From contig NC_134034.1 in NCBI RefSeq assembly GCF_964204645.1, positions 496,001 through 560,000 on the forward strand: a stretch of DNA of 64,000 bases. Direction: 5' to 3'. Position 1 is the first letter of the stretch; each line of letters begins with the position of its first letter. Shown here one piece after another: positions 25,880-37,900 of the stretch. A program made the position numbers and the translations under genes. The notes beneath the pieces were generated by a model. It saw nothing but the letters and a program-made list of their open reading frames with translations, ran no database searches and had not been told where the DNA came from. This DNA comes from Tubulanus polymorphus. Its lineage: Eukaryota; Animalia; Nemertea.

Positions 25880-26555
25880 GTGCTGATGCTGAATAGAGGA
25901 TGTACAGGGGTTCGAACCCATTGATTACTGACACTGATTCTGAGTGGTCCTGAAACTAGATAGAGGGTGTCCTGGGTTCGAACCCAGTAATTACTGATAC
26001 TGATTCAGAGTGGTCCTGAGGCAGATTAGAGGATGCACAGTGGCGTCCCGGCCGTACGGTGCTGCCGCTATGCTCATCGTAAGCGGGTTTTTCATACACT
26101 ATTGTAAATCTACTCTGGCAATCGACGTGCTCTCCAGTAATACTCCGTAACCCTTGCTTGCCAGAGTTGACATACGTTAGTGTATGAAAATCCCGCTAAC
26201 AATGAGCATAGCGGCAGCACCGTACGGTAAAATGTTGATATCTTAACAAAAGTAATTACTGGCACTTATTCACAGTGGTCCTGATGCTGAATAGAGGATG
26301 TACAGGGGTGTCCCGGGTTCTAACCCGGTCTATTGGTACTGATTCTGAGTGTTCCTGATGCTGGATAGAGGATGGAAAGGGTTGTCCCGGGTAAAAAACC
26401 CAGTAATTATTGGCACTTATTCTGAGTTGTCCTGATGCTGAATAGAGGATGTACAGGGTTGTCCCGGGTTCGAATCCAGTAATTACTGATACTGATTCAG
26501 AGTGGTCCTGATGCTGTATAGAGGATGTACAGGGATGTTCCGGGTTCGAACCAGG
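25880..26555. repeat. About 78-bp tandem repeat containing a Pol III B-box-like motif
   Basis: Unit GTGGTCCTGATGCTGAATAGAGGATGTACAGGG..GTCCCGGGTTCGAACCCAGTAATTACTGATACTGATTC; interrupted by a MITE. Confidence 0.8.
26057..26222. mobile_element. Tc1/mariner-like MITE inserted in a tandem array
   Basis: TA-CGGTGCTGCCGCTATGCTCAT...ATGAGCATAGCGGCAGCACCG-TA with imperfect arms of about 65 bp. Confidence 0.65.
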
Positions 26556-26875
26556 ATAGATACTGAGATATCGGGAGTTGACAGTAAATCCAGTTATTTC
26601 TAAGGATAAACGATATATATGTATGTATATATAAGTCAGACTACAAGCATACATGTTGTTGACTGTTGTTTTCGATAATGTCGAATTAATTGGATAATGA
26701 TAATAGAAATGGAAGTGTTTTCGCTGTTTGCTGGGAAACTGATTATTATCAGCTCAATAAAAGCATCATAAAACAATAACCAGTAGGTTTTAGACGGATA
26801 TCAATAACCAGTAGGTTTAAGACGGATATCACACGGAACTCGAGACAGAGTTTAGTACGCAGACGCCACCTGAAG

Positions 26876-27976
26876 ATGCAGTTGTTTTCTCTGAAGATTT
26901 TCCTGTTTTGTACATTTACCGGTAAGAATCAGTGGGTCCTCGCTGCGCAGTAGAGAGACACCTGGTGGTCGTTTCACGAGATGACTTGCGAAGTTCAATT
27001 GCGCCTGATGAAACTTCTCTTAAGGAGCTAGGGTTTCTTTTCATCTCTGTGAAGCGCCCCCTGGACTGATGAATTCCTCTGTATTTTACGTGTTTTAGAT
27101 ATCACGACCGGTTTACAATGTCATCACTGCGGCTACTACACCAGACTGCCGGAAGAGTTGGCTCATCTGTGGCATCTGAATCCGGTAACTGCCGACTGTC
27201 TGACTCCTCATCAGCACTATATGAGGCCGTGTTTTGCTGGTTTTCGCTGCGCGGTGAGTCACTTGTAAAAAGGAGAATTCTAAAAAACCGGGCCCGGGGT
27301 TGGGGCCGGGGTCCAACGAAAGGCGTTACGCGGATAAAGCAGCCATGTCAATTAGTCCCCTATCAGTTGAGGTTCCGCGTGGTTCCGCCCTCGGGTTTTA
27401 GATATTTTTGAGTGTCAAACAGGTTTCAATAATCTCTGTCCATGACGAAAAGGGCCACTTCAATCGGAAGGTTACCCCTAAATCCACCCCTGGAATTTGA
27501 AACAACTTTGGAAAAGTAATTTGTTTAGGCTCTGATATTTTGACAAAATACACCGTGATATCGGCTTGATTCAAAATGGCCGCTACATGTCGTCTGCTTT
27601 TTCAAAATGATTGTATATTGTTCCGGCTTAAATTTAATATACACATAATTGTCACATTTTGTTCATGTGTTTTTTGCACCAGGAAGCGGCGACTAGTTGG
27701 CGCGATGCCAAAATGTATGAACGATGGTGCGTGCCACCTGTCGGCTGTATGAGTGAAGCTCGATTGCAGACGCTTATAACGAGCAGATTCGACAGCGAGT
27801 TGAGAGTAGAAAGATACCGCTGTTGCGACGAGAACGGCTGCAATAACAACACTATGGACAACGTATTTCATCCGTATTTGGAAAAATCGAAAATAATCCC
27901 GAAAATCGTCTCGGCTATGACGTCACACGGTGATGGGGAATCCCCGTTCCATAAACTATTCGACAAAACAACATGA
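26876..27976 (+). CDS. Secreted Ly6/uPAR (three-finger) domain protein, 164 aa, 3 exons
   Basis: Exons 26876-26921 (MQLFSLKIFLFCTFT, signal-like), 27099-27253, 27683-27976 join in frame. Ten Cys from GLQCHHC to CCDENGCN, the canonical LU start and end motifs. Hydrophilic tail without a GPI signal. Confidence 0.8.
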
Positions 27977-28298
27977 TTTACATACCGCTCAAAAATCATT
28001 TATTTCCAAATTACATGAATATATATTTGAATTGAAAAAATTTGTTTTGAATTTTGTTTTAAATTTTCATCGTTTCTTTCTACGCGAGTCAGCGCAAAAC
28101 CCGTTGTTTAAAACTTAAGACCGATCCCGACACCGAATTTCAAAAATACGCAGGGCCAACTCTTAAAATCGACTTTTAGATTCTTCATTTCATTATCTTA
28201 GAAATCGATTACTGGTTGAAACTAGCGCGAGCCCCGCCGTGTTTAAAGCCTAAATACCGGTCTGTGGACTTGCACTGGTGCTGGGTAATCAATTTCTA

Positions 28299-28664
28299 TT
28301 ATGGTTTGTAACAATCTGGGCGCTTACAAGCCACCGCCCCAGCGTTACCGGGTCCTCCTTTATCAACGCAGTGAAACTGACAATCAATTCTGTCATTGGT
28401 GCTATTGCAGGCGCCTTTACATCTCTCATAGCACGCGATTTTCAGTGACACGTAATCAGAATGACCGGGGATTTCTCTAACTTTAAATTGGTTAGGTATC
28501 CTCGCATTAACGCACAGACTTTCACAAAGATGCATATTTTTGAAACATTGGTTTTTCTTACGCCCGTAATCACATTTCGTTTTGCAGATTTCCTCCGCAG
28601 ATTTCGCTGAAACGACGACTACGATCGAGCAGGCGATCACCAAGAACACGTGACTTTTAAACAT
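28299..28664 (-). CDS. Small secreted cysteine-rich protein, 121 aa
   Basis: Signal peptide MFKSHVFLVIACSIVVVVSA, then 12 Cys with repeated CxxxC. Acceptor TTTTTCACCAG just upstream of the ATG (about 28680), donor GTAAGT at 29080 and TATA-like ATATAAG near 29210 imply a non-coding first exon. Confidence 0.75.
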   Translation of the reverse strand: MFKSHVFLVIACSIVVVVSAKSAEEICKTKCDYGRKKNQCFKNMHLCESLCVNARIPNQFKVREIPGHSDYVSLKIACYERCKGACNSTNDRIDCQFHCVDKGGPGNAGAVACKRPDCYKP

Positions 28665-29863
28665 ATCGCCGCGGATTTTCTGGTGAAAAAGAATGAATAG
28701 ATTGTCATAAAATTAAGTTAATTCCGTCTAGTTAAACCATGTAATCGTCCATGGAACCAGCTTCAGAATTGGGGAACTGTGGGACTGGGCCCATGTGGAA
28801 CTGGATCCAGAACTGTGGGACTGGGCCCATGTGGAACTGGATCCAGAACTGTGGAACTAGGTCCAGAACTATGGAGCTGGGTGGCTGTGGAACTGGCTCC
28901 AGAACTGTGGAACTGGATCGAGTCGATTGCCCGGTGCCAGTTCACTAATTATGCCACGTTGTAATTTTAAGTACTGCCCTCAGTGTTTAGATAAATTGCA
29001 TTTAGAAAACAAAACATAATTTGTCCTCTCTGAATTGTCCCCTTCATAGCGACAAATAGATCCATTAAAACAGTACTTACTAAAAGATCGTTGTTTCAAA
29101 TTGAAGTAGATTTCACCACAGATATAGTAGCAGCAGTAGCAGCAGCAGCAGCAGCACAAACTGTAACACAGGATGCGATGTATGAAATCTGTGATCAACC
29201 GGCGCTTATATTCCGATCGACGGTTCACAACAGGTGCTGTAACTTCCTATCAAGCACCTCTCTTCAGGCTCTGATGTCAATTCGAAACCATCAAAGCAAA
29301 TGATGAGCGCCTTTTCACCGAGATATATTTCACCTGTTCATTAACAATATATTGTAAAATAATTATGATATATTGTGTGGGGCCTGGTAATTAGGAGGAT
29401 CTTTGACAATAACTACCGTAAAAAACACTTCCAGGAATAGCCTATAACTGGGCCACAACCCTAAACCTAGCTGGACGCGAACCGGGCGACTCCAACACGC
29501 CAATCGGACACACTAACCACTAGACCATACTAGGCCACTGTACTGTTGTGGTTAAGTCAGTCTGGTAAAGTGCAATAACTCAGTGACCAATTACGGCGTG
29601 AGATGATTGGATATTTCTACAAACAATCGAATACCCTCTTTTATTCGGAGATTCAGGAGATGTATAATTCCCATAAATCAGGGTGCGATCTAAGTAAGCA
29701 CTTGTCCGATTGCCCGGGTCAAACATATCATTATTAGGGGCAAGTAGGATCAATTATAACTCAGCGTCCCTCTGACACTGAATCATATTTCGAGATGAAA
29801 TAAAACAAGGTACATTTTTTTCTGAAAATGTTTTTAACAAGAAAAAAATAAATTGATGTCGAT

Positions 29864-30018
29864 CACAGGGGCTCGTCCACGATAGCTGGGGGTCCAAAAT
29901 CAAAGATTTGACCCAGTATCCTAGGTACCACCTATAAACTCTTTTCTTATAGGTGGTACCTAGGATACTGGGTCAAATCTCGATTTTGGACCCCCAGCTA
30001 TCGTGACGAGCCCCTGTG
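29864..30018. mobile_element. Palindromic MITE with 8-bp target-site duplication (P- or hAT-like)
   Basis: Near-perfect arms of about 72 bp, CACAGGGG...CCCCTGTG, flanked by direct ATGTCGAT at 29856-29863 and 30019-30026. Confidence 0.85.
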
Positions 30019-30628
30019 ATGTCGATTGCAGTTTTCGGAACGCTTCAGTCGTGTTGATTCAGCGTTTTAGAGACTCTGGAGTCAAACTCGTCACGCTGTT
30101 TCTAGTTTCTGAAGAATACCCCCGGGCGGCGTACAAATCTCTCGGCGATATATTTCTAATTTCTGGAGAATCTGATTGACGTGACGCAATAATAATATCC
30201 CAAAATTCCACTTGAAAAGGTATCAAAACAGATTAATTTTGTCATAGGTTTTTTAATTGGTGTTTATTCATGCCGGTGCAGTCCTCAATTCGGCGGAATA
30301 TCGGCGCAGAAAATGTCTGAAACAACTGCGACGACCTTGAATTGTCCTCAAAAATCGAGCAGAAAAAATTGTGTTTACATCAACCAGACTTGGAGAATTG
30401 TTTAGTCTGTGTTTACTCCGTCCACTTGAATTCGTTATTCAAACTCTTTAAGTCAGTTTTAATTGAAAAGAGGAGGCTTGAAATTAGCCGGGTTTAATTA
30501 AGGGTTGAATTGCAATGGTCAACGACCTTGGAAGAGGAGCCAAAGGGTTAACAAAAAAGAAGACAAAGTAATTTTCATCAAAAATTCATTTTCAGTGACT
30601 CTCTTGAATTTGGATCAAACAATCCAGC

Positions 30629-33600
30629 ATGGCTGCCGCTTCACGAGTAAGATTCAATCGATTATTTTAATATCGTAATTTTTTTCGCTGGTCCATTTAG
30701 ACACTCGACCATCTTGAATGTCGCTATCGTTATGGGATTCCTGAACACGGGAGCTTGTAGGCCTATCAGAGTTGTAGGTACTGTGGGTAAAAATGATAAT
30801 CTGTTTAAATCCAGTGTTTAATTTAGACACAGGATTAATAACTACAACTCTGATATGAGCCCCTGTAGACCTGAGCAGAGATCCAAGATGGTCGATTTCT
30901 TGATGTCGAAATAAACTGATATGTATTTGCGTTTGTTTTTAGTTCACATGCCAGAGGCGGATCTGTGGATACATGCCGAGCGTACGCGCGGTCGTACGTC
31001 ACTTCCGAGCGTTCAGTTCCTACGACGAACGAATCCCCGAATCACGAGCCGTCGACGTCGACACCGAACAACACAATGGTAGTCATCGTCGCCGCGGTTA
31101 CGTTTTATTACGTCAAGGTCAAGGTCGAAACTACGTAGAAATGATAGCGCGTTCTGCGTGGAAGCATGAGTTTTGAAATTCTGTGCTTCGAACTGCTTTG
31201 TTCACGTACCGTAGACCTCTCCTTGTTTCTCTTTCAATGGGTTTCAGTTCATTTCATTGTTTGAAAAAATCGGCTAAATTTCGAGTTTTTAACCTGTTTT
31301 AGTAGCAGCACTGTTTGAATTGACTAGTTTTAGTAGTATTGTTTAGGGGAGGGGACGGAGGGTGGCTCCTGCATATTTCAACTACAGTAAAACACTTCTC
31401 ACTCGGACTAACTGGTACCAACACGGTACAAGGTAAGGGAAGGTCTTGAGTTTAAAAATTGGAAAATATTGTTAAGAAGTCAAAAAAATTGATTTCGTTT
31501 TTATCGCAATCAGTCAAAATTTCGGGTTGTCTATGTCTGAGTGAGACGATGTTTTCTGTATTACTTCTTTTGCTGCTATTTTTGCTTTACTAAACAATAC
31601 ATAGCATTATTAGTATTCAAGCGTTGTATGAAGCTGAGGCTGCAGTTAACTGATGGTTAATTATATTCCATGATCAATGATGGTATTTATTTACAAGTTA
31701 ACTGAAACCATTGTTTGTGAATATTAATTTATGAATATTTGTCTATTACCGATAGATTCTGAGACGGTTTGGCCGGACAAAACGCTTGGTCCGTTCGGGC
31801 CTCAGGACAGACGGTTTCCGTTACCGGGGCTGGTCGGTACGAGCTCGCAATTAGAGACCGCCGGGAAACTGAGTACAAACAGCGTGAAACCTCTGCCCGA
31901 TATTCTCACCGAGGAGCTGCCCGCTGAGAGACACGCTAAAGTCTACGATCAGTTCATACAAACAGTTAGAGAGGTATCTATCCCCCTATGACTTCATCGA
32001 ATTTCCTGTCAGAACTAATAGAAAAGATGGCTGCCCTAATGACATCATGAAATCATCTACTAGTGATTTGATCTATAGACCCTTTTAGAAAAGATATCTG
32101 CTTATATAAATCCTCCTATGACATCATCAAATTGTCTACAACTGATTCAATCTATAGACACTTCTAGAAAAGATGTCTGCCTCCATGAATCCCCCTATGA
32201 CATCATCAATTTGTCTACTAGTGATGTGATCTATAGACACTTCTAGAAAAGATGTCTGCCTCCAAAATCCCCCTATGACATCATTGATGTATGTGTATTT
32301 GTTTGTATGTAGGCTGAAGAAATGGAACAGATATTAACTGAACCATCAATGTCTGATGTGATGGAGTGCGTTGTGCAAGACTGTCCTAAACTACTCAAAA
32401 AAGGTAATTCAAATTCAAACTACGCGAACAGTGTGGATCTGGCCGGTACCCAGCACTCAGTTCCACAGTTGTCAGAATTTAGAATCAATTAATTTAAGCT
32501 CTAGTGAGTTTTAAACTGATCCTTTCAACTGTGGAATTGTGGAATAAGGTTTTGTGCTGCAACTATCAGTTAGATTTGACTGCATCGTCGAACCAAACCT
32601 CCCTCTTTTCCCACCCTCTCTCCCATCATTTTCTCCCAATCTCTCCAGGCTTTCCCACATTCTCTCTGCACCCTCTCCCCTCCCCCTCTCTTCCCCTCTC
32701 TCCCCTCCCTCTCTGCCCCTCCCTCCCTCACTCTCCCCTCCCTCTCCTCTCATTCTCTTCTCAAATGTTGTTAATTCTGAATGTTGTAATTGATTTCAGA
32801 TTTTGCTGATTTATTTCCCGATCGAGATATAACCAGCCGACCGTTGACTGTAATTACGATCAGTCAGAAATCAGAGAACGATATGTCTGCTTGGAACGAA
32901 GACATCGAAATGGAGAGAGAGGAACTACTATCTACTGTAAGTAAAACACTCGTCCTACCTTCGAAATTCCAACATGATATTTGGCAGTAATGAAGAAGTC
33001 AATTTGTCGGTGTATGATACAGTAGTTACCTGTACTGTGTAATGTTTGTTTTTCCGATTTTGTTTATTTAGTTTATAACTGGAGCCAATGATATTTGTGC
33101 GGCATTAAATGAAGCTGGTTATTGGGCTGATTTTATAGACCCCTCGTCCGGTACCCCGGTAAGTCAATCTTATACTGTTTAAACCACCAGGTGGTGCCTG
33201 TTAGGTACTCACTCGCCACAAGTGGAATCCTCTATTGCCGCAGTAGTTGATGTCCTACCGCACACTAGTGACACCTGGTGGATCCTCACTTGCCACAAGT
33301 GGAATCCTTTATTGCTGCAGTAGTTACCGTCCTGCACAGTAGCGACACCTGGTGGATCCTCACTTGCCACAAGTGGAATCCTCTATTGACGCAGTAGTTG
33401 ATGTTCTACTGCACAGTAGCGACACCTGGTGGATCCTCACTTGCCACATGTGGAATCCTCTACTGTTGCAGTAGTTGATGTCCTACTGTACACTAGTGAC
33501 ACCTAGTGGATCCTCACTCGCCACAAGTGGAATCCTCTACTGTTGCAGTAGTTGATGTCCTACTGCACACTAGCGACACCTAGTGAATGAATATTTGTTT

Positions 33601-33818
33601 GTATTTTATAGTTTCTCGGAGCTCACACTAACGCGACGTTTTTCGAAACGGACGAACGCTATCGTAATTTCGGATTCGAGATCGAGGATTTAGGCTGCTG
33701 TAAAGTGATACGTCATCGACTGTGGGGAACGAACTCTTACGTCGGTTGTATCTTCACCGATGCTCCCATTGAACACCCAGCCATGCAGCAAATACAGAAC
33801 AAGAAAAACTGGGATTAG
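30629..33818 (+). CDS. MMADHC: Cobalamin trafficking protein CblD, 7 coding exons
   Basis: [86 protein letters not shown] are MMADHC signature blocks; exon phases consistent; TAG at 33816-33818. Confidence 0.95.
33185..33585. repeat. About 77-bp tandem repeat family (also 55250-55497 and reverse 9340-9490)
   Basis: Unit GTGGATCCTCACTTGCCACAAGTGGAATCCTCTATTG..GCAGTAGTTGATGTCCTACTGCACACTAGCGACACCTG. Confidence 0.88.
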
Positions 33819-34907
33819 CAGCGTGTTAATCCGGATTAGGATTAACCGGGATTAATGGCTTTAGACGGAAATAGCGCTCGCTCTATTATTACCGGATAGA
33901 AATGATAGACTACTCCCTCTATCTGCAGCTGCTGACACTAGAGCATTTATAAATCCTATCGTAAACTTTTTAACCCACTATTAGCCGGTATCTACGCGCG
34001 TTTTCGTTACCGCTGGTGATCGTAGATTGATACCTGCATTGTTTGATTTACTGAGAGTCGGAATAACTATCTCTCCGCGTCAGAGAGAAAAAAAAAACTG
34101 TGTTGATTTATTGAAAGAATAAAGAAGATAAAAATAGTCTTGAAATGGTTTGAGAAACTCGTGTCGAAATCCAAAAGAGTTCAAGGTCATTATATTTTCC
34201 TGTTAAAAAAGTAATAGCTTTAATGAGCTTATTATAGTGAGTGGATTTGGTGACGTGGACTATCCACTTATGTGGAATGTACTATCCACTCTTCTGCCAC
34301 CCCTATATAGTTTAATAAATGCTTATTTTAATGAATTCAAGAATTTTTCTTTGCAAATTTATTACGTTCTTTGATTCATTGGAAAATTGAGTAGAATTTA
34401 GTATGATTAGGACCGCCCTATAGATCTGATAATAAATACTGAATTGTATTGTAATTCACTACCGCCGGTAAGTGAGCTATTTATAATGATTACTGCCGCA
34501 GCTCAACAAATGTGCCTACAATAAATTAAAATTGAAAGCTAGCCCTGGCATGTGAGGTAAAGGTGAATAATTACCGCCACAGCTAAATAATTGTGTCTTC
34601 AATAAATTTTTATTGATTGAGGATTTACCCCTTGGCCAATTTCTTCTTCATATTCTTCTCTACACAAAACTCTTATCATAATGACTACTTTAATTTTTCA
34701 TAAATTTAATGGCAATTTGTATTACTATCAGGACAATAAAGATAATTTGTATTCATACTCTGGCATGTGAGGGATCGGGAATAATTACCGCCACAGCGAA
34801 ACAATTTTGTCCCCTTTGGAAAAAATTAATCGAGAGAGTCGAAAAAAATCGATGAAAATTTGAATTAAAAACAGCTGTGTGGTAAATATCATCTGAATCG
34901 AGGATCG

Positions 34908-37900
34908 ATGCAGCGGGCAGACGAGACTAGCGCATCGAGATTACAACAGTTACCGCAGGATGAGGAGGGGCAGCAGCAGGAGCCGCCCAGCAGGAGGAGG
35001 AATTCTTCCTCTTACGGTTCAATGAATAAACGTAGTATAAACTCGTCAGTAGCAGGTCGCAGAGGATACGAGGAATTTAACCCGGTTCGGACTGGTAGCG
35101 ATGATGAGGATGTAGCCGCTGCTGGACCCGGGGACGATATCATGAAGAGGCCGTCTGTACCGTGTCCTACGTGTAGGGGTACCGGAAAAATACCGAAAGG
35201 TAATAACTCTTCACTTTAACTTCATCTATCCGTCAGGATTTTGAGTTCAGGGTGGAGGTATTTTGGGTGAATGTATTTTTTCCGTGATTGGTTTAGATAT
35301 TTTTGATTTCTGACACTGACACCCTGTACTGACTTCAATGATTCAGTAAAATTATGATTAGTTTAAAATCAGGATCTTGTTCCACAGTTTGCTGTTGACT
35401 TTGAGGTAAAAAGATCAGAACTGGATCCAGAACTGTGGAACTGGTTCCAGAACTGTGGAACTGGTTCCAGAACTGTGGAACTGGGTCCAGGACAGTGGAA
35501 CTTGGTCCAGAGCAGTGGAACTGGGTCCAGAACTGTGGACTGGGTCCAGTATTGTGGAAGAGTGGAACTGTGGAACTGAGTTCAGAACAGTGGAACTGAG
35601 TTCAGAACTGTGGAACAATGGAACTGTGGAACTGGGTCCAGGGCAGTGGAACTGGGTCCAGAGCAGTGGAACTGTGACAAGAACTGTGGAACTGGGTCCT
35701 AAACTGTGGAACTGGGTACAGTACTGTGGAACAGTGGAACTGTGGAACTGGGTTCAGAAATGTGGAACTGAATGCAGCACTGTGGAACTGGGTTTTAGGC
35801 TTATACCAATGTGTGGTTAGTGAAACTAAACCTCCAGGTTACTGACTAGTGTAGACTAGGAACTAGGCCTATGTATTTATCATATGTATTTCTAGATGAA
35901 TTCAGTATTGAATGAAGGACTCTGATGCAGAGTCACGTCACAGCAGTCAGATTGAAATCTATCATTAGTATTAATTACACATACAGTCAGTTTTAGACAA
36001 CATGTTTAATATGAATTCATTTCTGTTACTGCGACAGGTGTGGAACCGTTTTTAATGAGCCACTATTAGTATTCAGTTTAAGTTGGCCTTCATTGTATTC
36101 ACAATCAGTCATTTATTCATTACTGTTGCAGGATATTACATCAGACAGATTTAACTTATAGATATACTGGAATTATTGCGGAATTGTGATATTTTTAATG
36201 CCTAGTCTGAGAGCAATACACAAGGGTTAATGTACTTCGGATTAAAATATCTATGATCAGTGCTTACTCATCGGTCACAGTCCTGAAAGTGGTTAAAAAG
36301 TGATATATATTTTGGACTCGTTGTGTATATTTAGGAAATTTCCGCTGACAAATCTTATTGCCTTTTTTATCTGTGAAAATTCAACGAACTTATTGTGGAT
36401 ATTTTCATCACCATTGATTGAGTGAACCGATCTCATCTTTGGATTCAGGGAAAAAAGTGCCAACTTGAAAAATGTCGACAACTGCTTCAGTTTTCACCGC
36501 TGACTGAGTCTGAAAGTCGTCACTCTTCGGTCACAGTTTGTTTCGACGTGAATATTCTTCGGACCGAGTTCATCGTAGATTAAAATCAGTCGCGTTTAAA
36601 CACGAGAATGTTACGCGGTTTTATCGGTTCAAAATCATAGCCACGTGAAGAAGAAACTAGCGTTTAGAGGGGTTTCCTCGTTACGGGTGGCTCCGAGAAT
36701 ATCTAAATCAACATGTTTGGAGCGGCTCCAGACATCTCCTTTATTGAATTATCGTCTCTGAAGGCGCCGGAGCCAAATCAATTTTTAGTCAAAATCTAGT
36801 GAAGTATTTAGATCAAGTTATGATATAATATTGATTTCTTTCTAACATTATGAGCAAAGGTGAACATTTTTGTTACGACACCGCGAGACAAATCTTTAAA
36901 TGTCTTCAATCGATATCATAGAAAAAAAATGTCCAGTTTATTCATAGCTGAATAAATAGAGTGAATAGGTTCATACTGTATTGACAGATAAGACTGTTTA
37001 CCTGGAAATTCTAAGATTCCATTTATTGTAACCTGTGGAGTATGATGATTAATTTCAAAGTCCACATGGTTTACTGTGTAGGTGTCGAGGCGTGTGTCCT
37101 ATTGATATATAGTATTCTGAAGTTAACACTAGTCATAGTCGGGTTTTGGTAGCGTCCAAAATTTCGTTTCAATTAAAAATGAATATATCGGCAATTCTGG
37201 AATACCATAATTTAGGGAATTAACCTTGTATTGGTGTAAACTGATTATGTTAATGCGGAATAGGTGAGGTGGATTTAGGGTGCTGGTAAAGTGTAAATCA
37301 AAAGCTTTATTCAGACAGGACTAGCAGTGCAGCTCGGAGTATAGGTTGTGTTTTAATCAATGATGTTATCAATTTTATTGATCATTTAATTACTAATTGA
37401 AAAGAGGACCTGCCTAAACCATCATAGAAATAACAAGGGATTAATATAAATATTAATATTAACGTATAATTTCTGGAGAAAATTGAAGTGATTTAGTTTG
37501 GACGAAACTTGCGATATCGACTTACATTGTTGCGGCGTCGTTAGTTACCGGATTATTAACTCGTCGTTGCTATGGATAATTCGGGTATAGATTCGGGAAT
37601 CGAAGCGTATAAAACGTTCCGTAATTCGGAGAGGAACGCTTCGTTGACCGGTAGCGCCCCCTATAACGATATTCAACGATCGGATAATTATCAGAGCGTT
37701 AGCAACGAGTCGTCGACGGCAACGACGTCGCTATGGAGGAATATATTTAATTCGGGCGGTGATACGTCTCAATGTCCGACGTGTCACGGGAAAGGATACG
37801 TCAGAAAAGGTGATTTAAATCAATCCTCGAAAACTTTGAGTTTAGAATCGTTAAATTTGAATCATTGTCGTCACTGATGACATTAAAATAACCAACAGCA

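Noticed and set aside
27602-27871. Minus-strand ORF MKYVVHSVVIAAVLVATAVS... resembling a neuropeptide precursor
   Set aside because: It is the antisense shadow of the Ly6 exon 3, which has much stronger support.
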